Shown: positions 40,312 to 51,080 of the stretch, one piece after another
How the letters are laid out: the number at the start of each line of letters is the position of its first letter
Numbering within the stretch: position 1 is the first letter of the stretch
NCBI GenBank assembly: GCA_964390865.1
Contig: CAYMKR010000002.1
Coordinates: 840-64,839 of the forward strand
Source of the DNA: an uncultured Flavobacteriaceae bacterium
Lineage (GTDB): Bacteria; Bacteroidota; Bacteroidia; Flavobacteriales; Flavobacteriaceae
DNA length: 64,000 nucleotides
Direction of reading: 5' to 3'
Position numbers and translations under genes: made by a program
Notes under the pieces: model-generated
What the model was told of the DNA's origin: nothing
The model's input: the letters and a program-made list of their open reading frames with translations, nothing else
Databases searched by the model: none

Positions 40312-43300
40312 TGTTTAACTAATTTTAAATGGACAGGGGTTTCTAAATCTAACCTTATGTAATAGATACCTGGTGAATTATTGTTTAGAGAAACTTTTAT
40401 TTTATTTTGATGCAATTCATACTGTTTTTCAGAAATCTTTTGATGTAACGAATTATAGACCGTAGCAAATACCTTTTCTAAATCCATATTAGGAATCACA
40501 ATTTCAGTGAAACTTGTTGTTGGATTGGGATAAGCGATAAAGTAGTCAAGAAGGTTAATATTTGTCGTAAAAATTCCTTCACAACTAAATTTGGACGAAA
40601 CGCTAATTTTGTCTCCATGATTTACATCTACAGAGAAATCAGGAGCAAATGTAGTGAGCATTTTTTTACCATTTATTGAAATTGAATAGGGAGGAGTTCC
40701 AGATGTAATTCGGATATTTTCAGTCACTATATTATTCTTCTCAGTTCTCGTTAATTTCCCTAAAACTGCTTCAGATGCTTCTACCACAAGATTGAAGCAC
40801 TGCTCATAACTTGTCTCTTCTGCTACTTTTAGACAAATTGAATAATCTCCTGGATCTAGATTTTCTAGGATTAAATCGTTAGTAAAAACATAAGATTCAC
40901 CATTGCCAAGGGTTGCAGTATAGTTTAAAGCCTGGAGTGTATTGATCGTAATTATTCCGTTGTTTTTATCTATACAGGTTTCACCTACGGTTTCTATTTT
41001 AAAATTATTTGCTGGTAAACTTAAACAGCCTTGCGCATTGACCATGACACCGCTCATGGATCCGGGACATTGATCAAGCGAATTTTTAACCCCGTCATTG
41101 TCGTCGTCTTTTTCACCATAGGGCACTTCTATCACATTTAGAGTAACAAGAAGCTCTTGATCACTTGAAATACACGAGGATAAGTCTTGTAAAATACTTA
41201 ATTTCCATATATCATGGTCATTTGACATACTTGCAATAAACTTATCTGGATTCGTATTTCGCTCCAATAAATTTCCTTCTGGATCTTCCCATTGGTATGC
41301 TCCATTGAATTCAAAATTGGGTTCCAATTCTATTTCATCATCTTCAAATGCAGAAATATTATTACCTATCTTAAATTTATTGTTATTAATACTGTATTTA
41401 ACCAAATCATTTTCTAAAATTTCACCATTTGAAATCGTAATAATACTGCTTGGTTCAGAACAATTGGGTCTTGTAAAGCTGAAATTCCCAAATTTACTAT
41501 TGTTGTCTAATTCAATAGAATTCATGCTGTTATTCTTATCAAATATTAATGTTTCACCATTTGGAGTCTGTAAATTAATATTCAAGGGCGAATTTTCTTT
41601 GTAAACATGATCAGGAGGCAATTCTTGAGCAAAGTTCCACTTCTGCATTAAATATCCTTCAATATAATTCTTTTGAGTATTAGATATATTATGGTCATAA
41701 AATAACACCTCAGATATAGGCCCTTTATGATACCAGTTGGTATTAGGATTTCCTTGCCCCAGTTGACCTAAATAAAATGATTTTGCGTTTGTTAAGTTTG
41801 ATGATGAAGCCTCAATTTCTTCCTCAAGCTTTCCGTTTATATATATTTTAACTTTGTCTCTGTCTTTAGTAATCATTAAGACGAAGCTCAATTTGTCTTT
41901 ATAATATCGTCCATGAACTTGATTTCCATTGATTTTGGTTCTTGTTCTTCCATGATCACCGTTAATATGGAATCCAAAACCAGAATCTCCATTTTCATTT
42001 CCTAAAAGGGAATTCCAAGCACCTCTTCTATTATACGAGCCAGCAACAACTAAGGTCCAGTTGTTATTCAAATAATCATCATTAGCAGTAGTAAACAGCT
42101 CTAAGCCATCGGCACCATCCGTTCCAAACATAAGAGCCGGTAAACCATTCATACCTTTTTGATTATACATAGGCCTCAAGTTGTTATTCGATTGATCATC
42201 CATCATATAACCACTGGTCGACTTATTAAACCATTTGGAAACATTACTTCCATTAGCCGGTTTACTATCATCATTTTTAACATCCATTGCATCAAGCCAA
42301 AACAAAGGTTCCTGAAGATCCGGATCTATCTTAAATTCCATTGTATCATCAGTACAGGCAACAGAATTATTGAGTTCTTCCCAATCAGCACCATTCTTTC
42401 TAGTCTGAATTACAAATCCGTCACCAGGCAAACTAAGCTCACTTTCAATCCAACCATTCGAAATACAATTTTTACTGCTCGTTACCCTACATTTTATTAA
42501 TGCTCCGGGTCTTATATCACTGACATCTAATTCCTTGGAATTATTAATCACTTTTTCATTATCCACCCACCATTCATATAATGGATCATCTCCTTCATTT
42601 GATGCCTCCGCAGTAATTGTATCTGAATTTATTGAACAAACCTCTGAGTCTTCAGACAACAAACTTAATTGTAATTCTCCACCTGATCTGAATTTGGCCC
42701 AATCTATATTTGGCCAGGCCTCCTCACACCAATCAATCATTTCTTCTAGGACCTGACAATTCACACCTAATTTTGCAAACTCTGGTAACAAATAGTAAAA
42801 TTTATCAGCCCAAAAATCCAGGCCGGTATAATTTGACATATCCTTTAATTGTGAAGTGGTTTTATTTATAGCATCCAGTTCATTACTTCCCCCATTTGGC
42901 AAACGATTCCAATTTGCGAGATTATTTTCTGGCTTTCGTACTTCGGTTAAAAATTGCCGTAACTGAGCATTTAATACCCATTTAGACATACCTGGTTGAA
43001 TTCTATCTAAAAAAGTCGGCCAAACACTTTCTGCAAAATCATGAAGTTGATTGCTATCTGTACGCCCAATAATATGCCACGGGCCCTGAACACGTATTCT
43101 GAACCCTTTACCTTCGTTCGGATTGGTAGCACCTGACCACGATCTAAATTGATACATGGCATTCATCGAATGATAATATCTAAGCGGTTCATAAATACCT
43201 GATGAGCTACTTGCCCTCAATATAAATGTTGGGTGGTAATTATAATCTACCGGTGAATTATGCGAAACCATTCCATTACCACCGTTGATTACCAATTGTA

Positions 43301-45017
43301 AATGATACCAGTTGGTTGATTCATATTCACCAGTCTCCTTGGGCTGTCCAAAAAACGAGGTGCAATTACCAACAATGTTCATTCCATCGTCCGGGACACA
43401 TGCCTGAAAATGTGCGGGTATTTCGAACACCTGATACATCTTCCCAAACCACTGACGGGATGCAGGTTGGTCTTCTGGTTTTGCAAACCAATGCGCCTTG
43501 TCTTGAAGATCAAACTCATTCATAATTTCAAAATACTTAACACCCATGAGTCGTGCCAAACTTGTTGCTGCAAATTCTCTCGGCACACCATCCGCAAGTT
43601 TTGAAGTAGCCCTGCTTTCTTCCTCTCTCCAATGTCCTGCAAGACTTCCGTCAGCTCTTCCTTGGGCTAAAAAAAATCTATGATGGTACCAAAATTTACG
43701 GTTCTCTTCCATTAACTCTTCCGGATCACGACTTGCGGGTGGCATGGCCTCCAAATACGCCCTAAAATCTTTGTATCCTTCCTTTGGAAAAATCGTAGTT
43801 TTTCCACCATGACTTATTGGATCATTCCAATAATTATCTTTGGTATAGGCATCCATTGGATGCACCATTGGCAACCAATGTTTCCAATCCGGCAATTGAA
43901 TGGCCAATGGTAGCAAAGTTCTATCCACCATTTTTTCAGAATCAAATCGTTCATTTACGGCCTCTTCGCTTACACCGCCAGGAAACATATAGGGTAGCAT
44001 ATCTTTATCTGCCTCTAAAACAGCATCTAGCCCCGCACCTGCAGCCCATTCTTCAATGGGTTTGTTGGCCAGTTCCGGACCAGGCTGATACGGAGGGTTC
44101 CAGGGACGGCCATATCTCCCAACATTGTCTTTAGTGTCTGATAATGACCGAATATAGGAAGCAATTTTTTTACCTTGTTCCTCTGATAGCATATGAAATT
44201 TGGAACGTTCAATAATCGATTCATTTGAATAACTAAAGATCTCTAAATCTCTACCGTCTTGAGCATGACATGATGCGCATTTTGCCTTAATAGGCCCTTG
44301 ACCATTTAGCTTATAGCCATACCAAAATCCCTTTGCCCCCGGTGCTAAATAATTGCTTGCTAAATCGGCATTATACCAGTAATCTTTTCCTTCTGCGATG
44401 CTTGCTGCATCAGTATATGGTCCAACCCATGACAAAGGATCTTCCTCTTCAAAATATTCTTCATCCAATATTTTATTGTTGCTAATATCCAATAAATTCA
44501 TTCTCACTACCCTAAAACCATTTGAGATAGCATCAGATTTATTAAATCGAAAACTTATTTTATTAAGTCCATTTACGAGACCAACGACTGGTAATGAAAA
44601 TCGAATTGTATTATGACCCCCATGAGCCATGCCTCCTCTTTCTTTTTCAGGACTTTGAATATTAGTTGTATTGTGATTCAAATCTACCCAATCCAGGTCA
44701 TTGATTTTTATAGATGCCTTATTCTGATAGCCCAAATTATTCACTTGCAGCCATAGCAAAGAAACCACACTAAGCTCAGCAGTTCCAAGCGAGAACTCCC
44801 TTTCAACAACAGTACCCTCAGCACCAAGCACTTCAATAGGTAATAAAATCTTTGGATCTGTATTAACGATGGATTGATACTCTGAGGATTTGTTGGAATA
44901 TGATCCTTTATCCCTTGCATTACTGGCAAATAAGGTTGCTTCATCCTTTGATTGAGCTAAGTTGCTTGAAACAAACGACAAGCATAAGGTTAAAGCAATT
45001 AGTATGTTTTTTATCAT
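40308..45017 (-). CDS. Large T9SS-secreted protein with cytochrome c (CxxCH) domain, LamG-like domain and thrombospondin-3 repeat
   Basis: Signal peptide from ATG 45017; CASCH at 44265-44279; FWLDA...G.ISEVLFY...IEGYL..KW LamG-like region; DDDNDGV.N..DQCP; AYPNPT...PGIYYI CTD. Confidence 0.85.
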   Translation of the reverse strand: MIKNILIALTLCLSFVSSNLAQSKDEATLFASNARDKGSYSNKSSEYQSIVNTDPKILLPIEVLGAEGTVVEREFSLGTAELSVVSLLWLQVNNLGYQNKASIKINDLDWVDLNHNTTNIQSPEKERGGMAHGGHNTIRFSLPVVGLVNGLNKISFRFNKSDAISNGFRVVRMNLLDISNNKILDEEYFEEEDPLSWVGPYTDAASIAEGKDYWYNADLASNYLAPGAKGFWYGYKLNGQGPIKAKCASCHAQDGRDLEIFSYSNESIIERSKFHMLSEEQGKKIASYIRSLSDTKDNVGRYGRPWNPPYQPGPELANKPIEEWAAGAGLDAVLEADKDMLPYMFPGGVSEEAVNERFDSEKMVDRTLLPLAIQLPDWKHWLPMVHPMDAYTKDNYWNDPISHGGKTTIFPKEGYKDFRAYLEAMPPASRDPEELMEENRKFWYHHRFFLAQGRADGSLAGHWREEESRATSKLADGVPREFAATSLARLMGVKYFEIMNEFDLQDKAHWFAKPEDQPASRQWFGKMYQVFEIPAHFQACVPDDGMNIVGNCTSFFGQPKETGEYESTNWYHLQLVINGGNGMVSHNSPVDYNYHPTFILRASSSSGIYEPLRYYHSMNAMYQFRSWSGATNPNEGKGFRIRVQGPWHIIGRTDSNQLHDFAESVWPTFLDRIQPGMSKWVLNAQLRQFLTEVRKPENNLANWNRLPNGGSNELDAINKTTSQLKDMSNYTGLDFWADKFYYLLPEFAKLGVNCQVLEEMIDWCEEAWPNIDWAKFRSGGELQLSLLSEDSEVCSINSDTITAEASNEGDDPLYEWWVDNEKVINNSKELDVSDIRPGALIKCRVTSSKNCISNGWIESELSLPGDGFVIQTRKNGADWEELNNSVACTDDTMEFKIDPDLQEPLFWLDAMDVKNDDSKPANGSNVSKWFNKSTSGYMMDDQSNNNLRPMYNQKGMNGLPALMFGTDGADGLELFTTANDDYLNNNWTLVVAGSYNRRGAWNSLLGNENGDSGFGFHINGDHGRTRTKINGNQVHGRYYKDKLSFVLMITKDRDKVKIYINGKLEEEIEASSSNLTNAKSFYLGQLGQGNPNTNWYHKGPISEVLFYDHNISNTQKNYIEGYLMQKWNFAQELPPDHVYKENSPLNINLQTPNGETLIFDKNNSMNSIELDNNSKFGNFSFTRPNCSEPSSIITISNGEILENDLVKYSINNNKFKIGNNISAFEDDEIELEPNFEFNGAYQWEDPEGNLLERNTNPDKFIASMSNDHDIWKLSILQDLSSCISSDQELLVTLNVIEVPYGEKDDDNDGVKNSLDQCPGSMSGVMVNAQGCLSLPANNFKIETVGETCIDKNNGIITINTLQALNYTATLGNGESYVFTNDLILENLDPGDYSICLKVAEETSYEQCFNLVVEASEAVLGKLTRTEKNNIVTENIRITSGTPPYSISINGKKMLTTFAPDFSVDVNHGDKISVSSKFSCEGIFTTNINLLDYFIAYPNPTTSFTEIVIPNMDLEKVFATVYNSLHQKISEKQYELHQNKIKVSLNNNSPGIYYIRLDLETPVHLKLVKQ

Positions 45018-45039
45018 TTTAAAGTTTAGCTTCAAAAAG

Positions 45040-45085
45040 CAAATAAAACAGGGAGGTATTAATAATGGGTTAATTTTAAATTAAT
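45040..45085 (-). promoter_or_regulatory. Shared promoter motif copy 4 upstream of the cytochrome-c T9SS gene
   Basis: Plus strand reads caaataaaacagggaggtattaataatgggttaattttaaattaat; ungapped match to the other copies. Confidence 0.6.
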
Positions 45086-45160
45086 ATTATCGATAACAAA
45101 AGAATTAAATTTTTAACTGGCTAAAACACTTATTTTTCAGATTCAATTAGAGATCAACAT

Positions 45161-46651
45161 CTATTTTCTGTCAACATCTACTAATCGTTCTGAATCAAAT
45201 TCCTTAATTTGATTCAACGTATTTTGAAGCTCTTTATATACTGACTCTTGCTTTTCGATTAAGTTTTCAGTTTCAGAAATATCGGCATCCAGATTATACA
45301 ATTGTGGCTTCAATTGTTGCGCCAGGTGTTTTTTTGCACCTGCTTTTAATGGAGCCGCAGGAATCCCCTCAATATATTTCCAAGACCCTTTTCGTATGGC
45401 CATAACTCCGTTTACACTATTCACTATCATCGTATTTCTTATAGCTTTTTCGTTCGGTTTACCTACCAATTCATCATAAAAACTAAAACTATCTGGAGCT
45501 GCTTCCAAAGGAGGAAGTACATCTCCACCTACTAAATCTTGAATCGTAGCAAAAATATCTACTACGTTTATCATTCTATCTGAAACGGTTCCTTTTTTAA
45601 TTTTACTTGGCCATCTAACTATAAGAGGTACTCGGAATCCTCCTTCCCAAATGGTATGTTTATCTCCCCTAAATGCTCCGTTATTTTCTAGACCTAACTT
45701 ACGAGCTTCCTTTTCTTCAACATCTCCAATATTTCCTCCGTTGTCACTAGTAAATACAAGTACCGTATTATCTAAAACCCCAGCATATTCTAAGGCTTCA
45801 ATAATTTCGCCCACCGAGTTGTCGAGGTCATGAATGTAATCACCGTAGGCTCCAGCATTACTTGTGCCTCGCAATTTATCACTAGGTGCAACGGGCGTAT
45901 GAATAGCCACAGGAGCAAAATATAAGAAAAAAGGTTTATCGGAATTGTCACTAGCAGACTTATATATCCACTCCCGTGCTTTATCATTCAAATCCTGAGT
46001 CACATTTGTGGTTACTCGCTGTGGAGCATCATAACCATGATACGGTTGTGCTTTGTAGTAACTCCTCCCGTACGAACTTCTACCTTGAGATCGCAATCCC
46101 CAAATCCCTTCGTTTTCTATATAAACTTTTGGAAGCCAATCAATATTATTAGGTACACCAAAATGGTAATCAAAGCCAAGTGAATTTGGTCCAGGTGTTA
46201 GTGGTTGTGCTGATAAATCTTCAGTATTATCATTATTGGTATAACCTAAATGCCATTTTCCAATATGGGCAGTATTATATCCGTGTTGTTGTAAATAGGA
46301 GGGAAGTGTTAATAATTCTTCTTCTATCAGTAATGGACCTTCAGGTGGTTGTAATACGCCATATTTTAACTTACCTCTCCAAGCATACCTTCCTGTAAGC
46401 AATGCATATCTTGTTGGAGAACAAACGGAACCGGGTGTATTGGCATCTGTAAAAAGCATGCCTTCCTCTGCCAATCGATTCATGTTTGGTGTACGAATAA
46501 GTGATTTCGGTGCTCCATAACAATTGGAACTTCCGTAACCAAAATCATCTGCAAGAATGACAACAATATTTGGTTTGGATTGTGCTGACAGAAAATTTAT
46601 TGCCATAATAAGCATCATAGCATTGAGCATGAATTTTATTTCTAATTTCAT
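45161..46651 (-). CDS. Arylsulfatase (S1 family)
   Basis: PNIVVILADDFGYG, VCSPTRYALLTGR, GKWHLG, AIHTP and TSDNGG motifs. Confidence 0.95.
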   Translation of the reverse strand: MKLEIKFMLNAMMLIMAINFLSAQSKPNIVVILADDFGYGSSNCYGAPKSLIRTPNMNRLAEEGMLFTDANTPGSVCSPTRYALLTGRYAWRGKLKYGVLQPPEGPLLIEEELLTLPSYLQQHGYNTAHIGKWHLGYTNNDNTEDLSAQPLTPGPNSLGFDYHFGVPNNIDWLPKVYIENEGIWGLRSQGRSSYGRSYYKAQPYHGYDAPQRVTTNVTQDLNDKAREWIYKSASDNSDKPFFLYFAPVAIHTPVAPSDKLRGTSNAGAYGDYIHDLDNSVGEIIEALEYAGVLDNTVLVFTSDNGGNIGDVEEKEARKLGLENNGAFRGDKHTIWEGGFRVPLIVRWPSKIKKGTVSDRMINVVDIFATIQDLVGGDVLPPLEAAPDSFSFYDELVGKPNEKAIRNTMIVNSVNGVMAIRKGSWKYIEGIPAAPLKAGAKKHLAQQLKPQLYNLDADISETENLIEKQESVYKELQNTLNQIKEFDSERLVDVDRK

Positions 46652-46671
46652 TTTGTCCTTTTAAATATTAA

Positions 46672-49401
46672 TTATTCAATGGCATGCACATAACCATCGG
46701 CAGCCAGTACATAAACTTTATCTCGGTAAATACACAAGGTAGATTCTTCTACACGATGCCCCAATTTTTTAATCCAAATTGGTTTTCCTGTTTTCTGATC
46801 TAAACAGTAAAAGAAAGGTGTATTACCTGAGGCAATATAGACGCGACCGCTAGCCAAGGCAGGAGCAGACAAGCCTCCACCATCTGGAAAGGTCCAATTG
46901 ATTGCAGCTGTTTCAGGGTCAACACTATATACTCTACTTGACAATGGTACACCTCCAATACCTCTCCCAACACGTGCCGAGAAAAAGGCCATACCATCTA
47001 CAAAAGCGGGACTGGCATTAAAGCCCGAATGCACTCCTTTTTCTTTTGTATTCTTGTTTCCGTCATGTAAGAGTTCTCCTGTTTTAGCCTCAAAAGATCT
47101 GAAGATATTAGAGCCGCTAGGCAAATAGATCTTACCGTTTTCGGCAATTAAAGTACCCGAATCGAGACCAACTCCATTTACTTTCCAAACAATCTTACCC
47201 GTTTTCTTATTAAAAGCATATAATGAATGGCTCCATGAACCAAAATAAACCAAGTCACCATCAATGGCAGGTTCGGCAGGTACCGATTTGGCGGTAGGAT
47301 ACATCCAAACGATATGACCTGTTTTTCCATCTAAACAAACAGCATATCCATTCACTGTAGGTACATATACCAAACCATCATCTACTGCAGCTGATCCCCA
47401 AACCCATCCTCCAGGAATTGTTTGTTTCCAAACCAGCTCGCCTGTTTCGGCATCCAGGCAGTAAAAAAAACGTTCCCCACCTTGCTGACCTGCATATACC
47501 TTTCCATCGGCAATGGCAGCTCCTACCGAGATAGCGCCTCCCATTTCAAACTTCCAGTTTTCTTCTCCTGTTTCTGCATCAACTGAATATAAAAATCCAC
47601 TTGGAGTGCCAAAAACTAGGTTGCCGTCAGCTGCAGTTGGCTTACTTTGATAATAGGTTCCTCCTGATATTTGATCGGTAAATATCCGTTCGCCCTGTTC
47701 ATTTTCAAATGCACACAGAATGCTCTTTTTCCATTGCATTTTACCATCATTGCCTAAACAATAAAGCATTAGATTACTGTCAGTAATTAATAATTCATCT
47801 CCATTGCTTACTAAATCGGCATAAATGGCATGCGAACTTATTTTTTTATCCCACTTAACTTTTCCCTTGAGGTCTACATTGTATAGCTGACCACTAATAG
47901 TGGCAAAATAAATTTCATCGTCATTAACAACCGGGCTTGCACGAATCCAGTCATCGGCTTTAACTTTCCATATCAATTTTCCGCTAATTGCATCCAAACA
48001 ATAAAGTTGTTTATCTGCTCCGCCAACATATAGTTTGTTGTTATGCAAAACAGGAGTTGTAAAATGTTTTCGTGCACCTTTTTCAGGGTTCTTCACTTTA
48101 AACTCCCACGCTAATTTTCCATCCGATTCATTCAAACAATACACACTTCCGCCATTAGCTCCAAAAAACACCTTTCCGTTCTTTACAGTTACAGCAGAGT
48201 TAACTGAGCCGTTGGATAAAAAATTCCAGGCAATACGCTTGTTTCCTTTTTTATTGGAAAGATTCAAGGCATAAACATAACCTTCCATGGTACCCTGAAA
48301 CACTTTATCACCAGAAATAACTGGCTCGGCCAAGGCATCGATATCACCAACATTAAAATCCCAAAGTTTCTTCTTATTCTGTGAATCGGCACAAATCAAC
48401 CTGTTTAGGTTTTGGCAAATAGCGGGAGTAGAATAGATATCATGGACTCCAAAAGGGTAAACCACAAAATCTTCATTCCCGGTTACGGCAGCATAACGCG
48501 TACGATAATCGATATGCCCGGCATAACGACGTGCTTCAATTTCCCCGGTTTCTTTATTTAAATACACAAGGTTACGTGCTTGTCCGTCATTTCCACCGTG
48601 CGAATTAATCTCTCGCAAAACCACCTGGTTGTTTATCAGCAATGGAGTTGAAGCCATTCCAGGATATTTGTACAAGTAAAAAATAGGAACATTTTGGGTA
48701 GATTTCCAAATCTCATTTCCTGTTTTTAAATCCAAACAAAATGAGCTTGCCCGCATACCTGGAGAGGTAACATATACCCGATCATTTTCAATTACTGGCC
48801 GTGCGTACCATCCAAGGCTTACAGGAAATTTCCATTTCTCTCGTCCATAACTTGGACCGGGTGCAGTTGTAGAACCATTATTGTGTTTATTGGCCTGAAA
48901 CATGGGCCAGTTGGCAGACATGTCGCCGCCTGTCACTTTTGTTTCTGCTTCAAAAGGGGTGAAAATCGGTCCGTTTTCTACAAATTCCTTTTGAATCTCC
49001 TCCATTTTCGTAAATCCTTCATCTATGGTTTGACATATTTGAACCACCGCCTCAATGTATTTACTGTTTTGTTTATTATCAACTAATGATTCCCTTTTGT
49101 CATGCTTTGTTAAGGCCTGACCAAACTGAAGTGGGTTATTAATTTTTGTTTCCAATTTGCGATACTGGAGGTCTAAATCAAAAAACGAGAGCGTATTGGC
49201 TCCCTGCTGTTGTAATGCACCCATCCACATATAAAGTATTTTTGTACGTTCTTTATAATTTGCTTCTGTTGTTTTATTATTTTTTACCTCAATTCTTGTT
49301 TTGTCAATATCAGTGCTTCCACTTTTGTATTTCTGAGCGACTAGTTTGTTAGTAAATATGACTGTTAAACATATCAAGAGAATCCATTTTATTCTATTCA
49401 T
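46672..49401 (-). CDS. Secreted PQQ-binding-like (BamB-type) beta-propeller repeat protein, 909 aa
   Basis: Many YCLDA.TG..IWK / ..SP.V..G.VY.G blades; NWPMF..N..N.G start; N-terminal helical region. Confidence 0.85.
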   Translation of the reverse strand: MNRIKWILLICLTVIFTNKLVAQKYKSGSTDIDKTRIEVKNNKTTEANYKERTKILYMWMGALQQQGANTLSFFDLDLQYRKLETKINNPLQFGQALTKHDKRESLVDNKQNSKYIEAVVQICQTIDEGFTKMEEIQKEFVENGPIFTPFEAETKVTGGDMSANWPMFQANKHNNGSTTAPGPSYGREKWKFPVSLGWYARPVIENDRVYVTSPGMRASSFCLDLKTGNEIWKSTQNVPIFYLYKYPGMASTPLLINNQVVLREINSHGGNDGQARNLVYLNKETGEIEARRYAGHIDYRTRYAAVTGNEDFVVYPFGVHDIYSTPAICQNLNRLICADSQNKKKLWDFNVGDIDALAEPVISGDKVFQGTMEGYVYALNLSNKKGNKRIAWNFLSNGSVNSAVTVKNGKVFFGANGGSVYCLNESDGKLAWEFKVKNPEKGARKHFTTPVLHNNKLYVGGADKQLYCLDAISGKLIWKVKADDWIRASPVVNDDEIYFATISGQLYNVDLKGKVKWDKKISSHAIYADLVSNGDELLITDSNLMLYCLGNDGKMQWKKSILCAFENEQGERIFTDQISGGTYYQSKPTAADGNLVFGTPSGFLYSVDAETGEENWKFEMGGAISVGAAIADGKVYAGQQGGERFFYCLDAETGELVWKQTIPGGWVWGSAAVDDGLVYVPTVNGYAVCLDGKTGHIVWMYPTAKSVPAEPAIDGDLVYFGSWSHSLYAFNKKTGKIVWKVNGVGLDSGTLIAENGKIYLPSGSNIFRSFEAKTGELLHDGNKNTKEKGVHSGFNASPAFVDGMAFFSARVGRGIGGVPLSSRVYSVDPETAAINWTFPDGGGLSAPALASGRVYIASGNTPFFYCLDQKTGKPIWIKKLGHRVEESTLCIYRDKVYVLAADGYVHAIE

Positions 49402-49412
49402 CCTAATTTTTT

Positions 49413-51077
49413 TTAAGGTTTTATTTTTTGTTCTGCAATATCACGATACACTTGGGTTAAGGGATCGTCAGCATTTTTCATATACTTGAGTAATCCATTT
49501 CTTGCTTTAGCCAATACATGGGCATATTCTGGATTTTCGGCAAGATTATGCATGCTCCCAGGATCATTCTTCCAATCATAAAGTTCTTCTTCTGCTCTAA
49601 GCAAAAATGATTCATAGCGTTCTTTTATTACTTCATCTTTTTCTGATGCATTTTTCAGGGCTCTTAAAGAAGGCCCATTATAAGGAACAATGGCTCCCAA
49701 ATCGCCTAATTCTAACCCGTCTTCTTGATAACAGTTGTTATAGACATATCCAAATTGCCCATCGTAGAAGGTCCTTATCTCCTTGCTTCGACTATAAGTT
49801 CCTGGAACAGCGTGGTCTGGACGGACTACCCAACCCATGCCTTCCAGTTTTTTTTCGAAATCAGGCCGTTGTTTTAGCACATTGGCTAGTCCATCACCAT
49901 AATAGATATCTTCATTGCGCAGATACACAATGGATTCACGCCATGATTCGGGAGTTCGGTTCTCTAAAAAAGGAACAAGAGACTTTCCATCCATCGGACT
50001 TGGAATTGGCAGATTTGCTAACTCTAACACCGTTGGCGTAATGTCCATAAGAGAGATTAGATGGTCTTTATCTTTCACAGGTTTTTTAATCCGTTCTGGC
50101 CAACGCATCAATAATGGCGAACGATTACTACCCATGTAACAATCGAATTTAGCATATGGCAATGGCATACCATTATCTGATACAAAAATAACAAGGGTAG
50201 ATGTGTTCTTGCCCAACTCATCCAAAACATTTAAACAAGCTCCTACAGTATCATCCAGTCGTCTTACTGACGACGCATATTTTGCCAGGTCGTTTCGTAT
50301 TTCTGGAATATCAGGTAGGGTTGGAGGCACTTTCACTTCTTCGGGCTTATAAATCCGCGAAGGATCTTTTATCTTAATTTTAAACTTACCATTACCCCAA
50401 AAAGGGATATTAGGATTAAACGGGTCACCATGAAATGGACGATGAGAATCTGCGGAATTTACAACCATAAAAAAAGGTTGATCGTTTTTATCGGCTTCTT
50501 GAATGAATTTACGCAATCCACCCGCTATTCCTTGCGGGTCTCTCCCTACCACACCATCTGGATCTGTAAGCCCCAACTTCTTGTTATCAAAAGCCCAATT
50601 AAAGGCTTCTATAGGTAGCATATGGTGTTTTTTGTGAATATTTCCAGTTAAATATCCAGAAGTTCTCAATAAGGCGGGTAACGTTGGTGTTCCCTCTTTC
50701 ATTGGAAAAAATCCACCTGAACCATAATGATTCGGAATCAATCCGGATAACATTGACTGACGTGCTGGTTGACACACAGATACAGAAGTAAAAGCCTTTT
50801 CGAAGGAAAAACTCTCTGCGGCCAAACGGTCTAAATTTGGTGTGACATCTGGTGCTACCCCTCCAGCAAAACCAGCACTATCATAATTAAAATCATCTGC
50901 AACAATTAATAATACATTAGGGCGCGAGGCCATTGATTTCGATTTCTTGCTATCAACATTTTCACATCCATGAACAACAAATATGCTCATAAAACCAAAT
51001 ACAATTAAGGTCCTGAATGTTAATTCTGAATGTAATTTCATGTTAATATTTTGAATTATTCTTATATATTTTTCCAT
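49413..51077 (-). CDS. Sulfatase, heparan-N-sulfatase-like
   Basis: PNVLLIVADD, VCQPARQS, DSHRPF, SDNGMP and EELYD motifs. Confidence 0.92.
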   Translation of the reverse strand: MEKYIRIIQNINMKLHSELTFRTLIVFGFMSIFVVHGCENVDSKKSKSMASRPNVLLIVADDFNYDSAGFAGGVAPDVTPNLDRLAAESFSFEKAFTSVSVCQPARQSMLSGLIPNHYGSGGFFPMKEGTPTLPALLRTSGYLTGNIHKKHHMLPIEAFNWAFDNKKLGLTDPDGVVGRDPQGIAGGLRKFIQEADKNDQPFFMVVNSADSHRPFHGDPFNPNIPFWGNGKFKIKIKDPSRIYKPEEVKVPPTLPDIPEIRNDLAKYASSVRRLDDTVGACLNVLDELGKNTSTLVIFVSDNGMPLPYAKFDCYMGSNRSPLLMRWPERIKKPVKDKDHLISLMDITPTVLELANLPIPSPMDGKSLVPFLENRTPESWRESIVYLRNEDIYYGDGLANVLKQRPDFEKKLEGMGWVVRPDHAVPGTYSRSKEIRTFYDGQFGYVYNNCYQEDGLELGDLGAIVPYNGPSLRALKNASEKDEVIKERYESFLLRAEEELYDWKNDPGSMHNLAENPEYAHVLAKARNGLLKYMKNADDPLTQVYRDIAEQKIKP

Positions 51078-51080
51078 TAT

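Noticed and set aside
45018-45035. TTG start at 45035 for the large T9SS protein
   Set aside because: It abuts the predicted -7 box; ATG 45017 gives a normal signal peptide.
45088-45097. TATCGATA-centred palindrome upstream of motif copy 4
   Set aside because: Short and AT-rich, with no counterpart in the other promoter copies.
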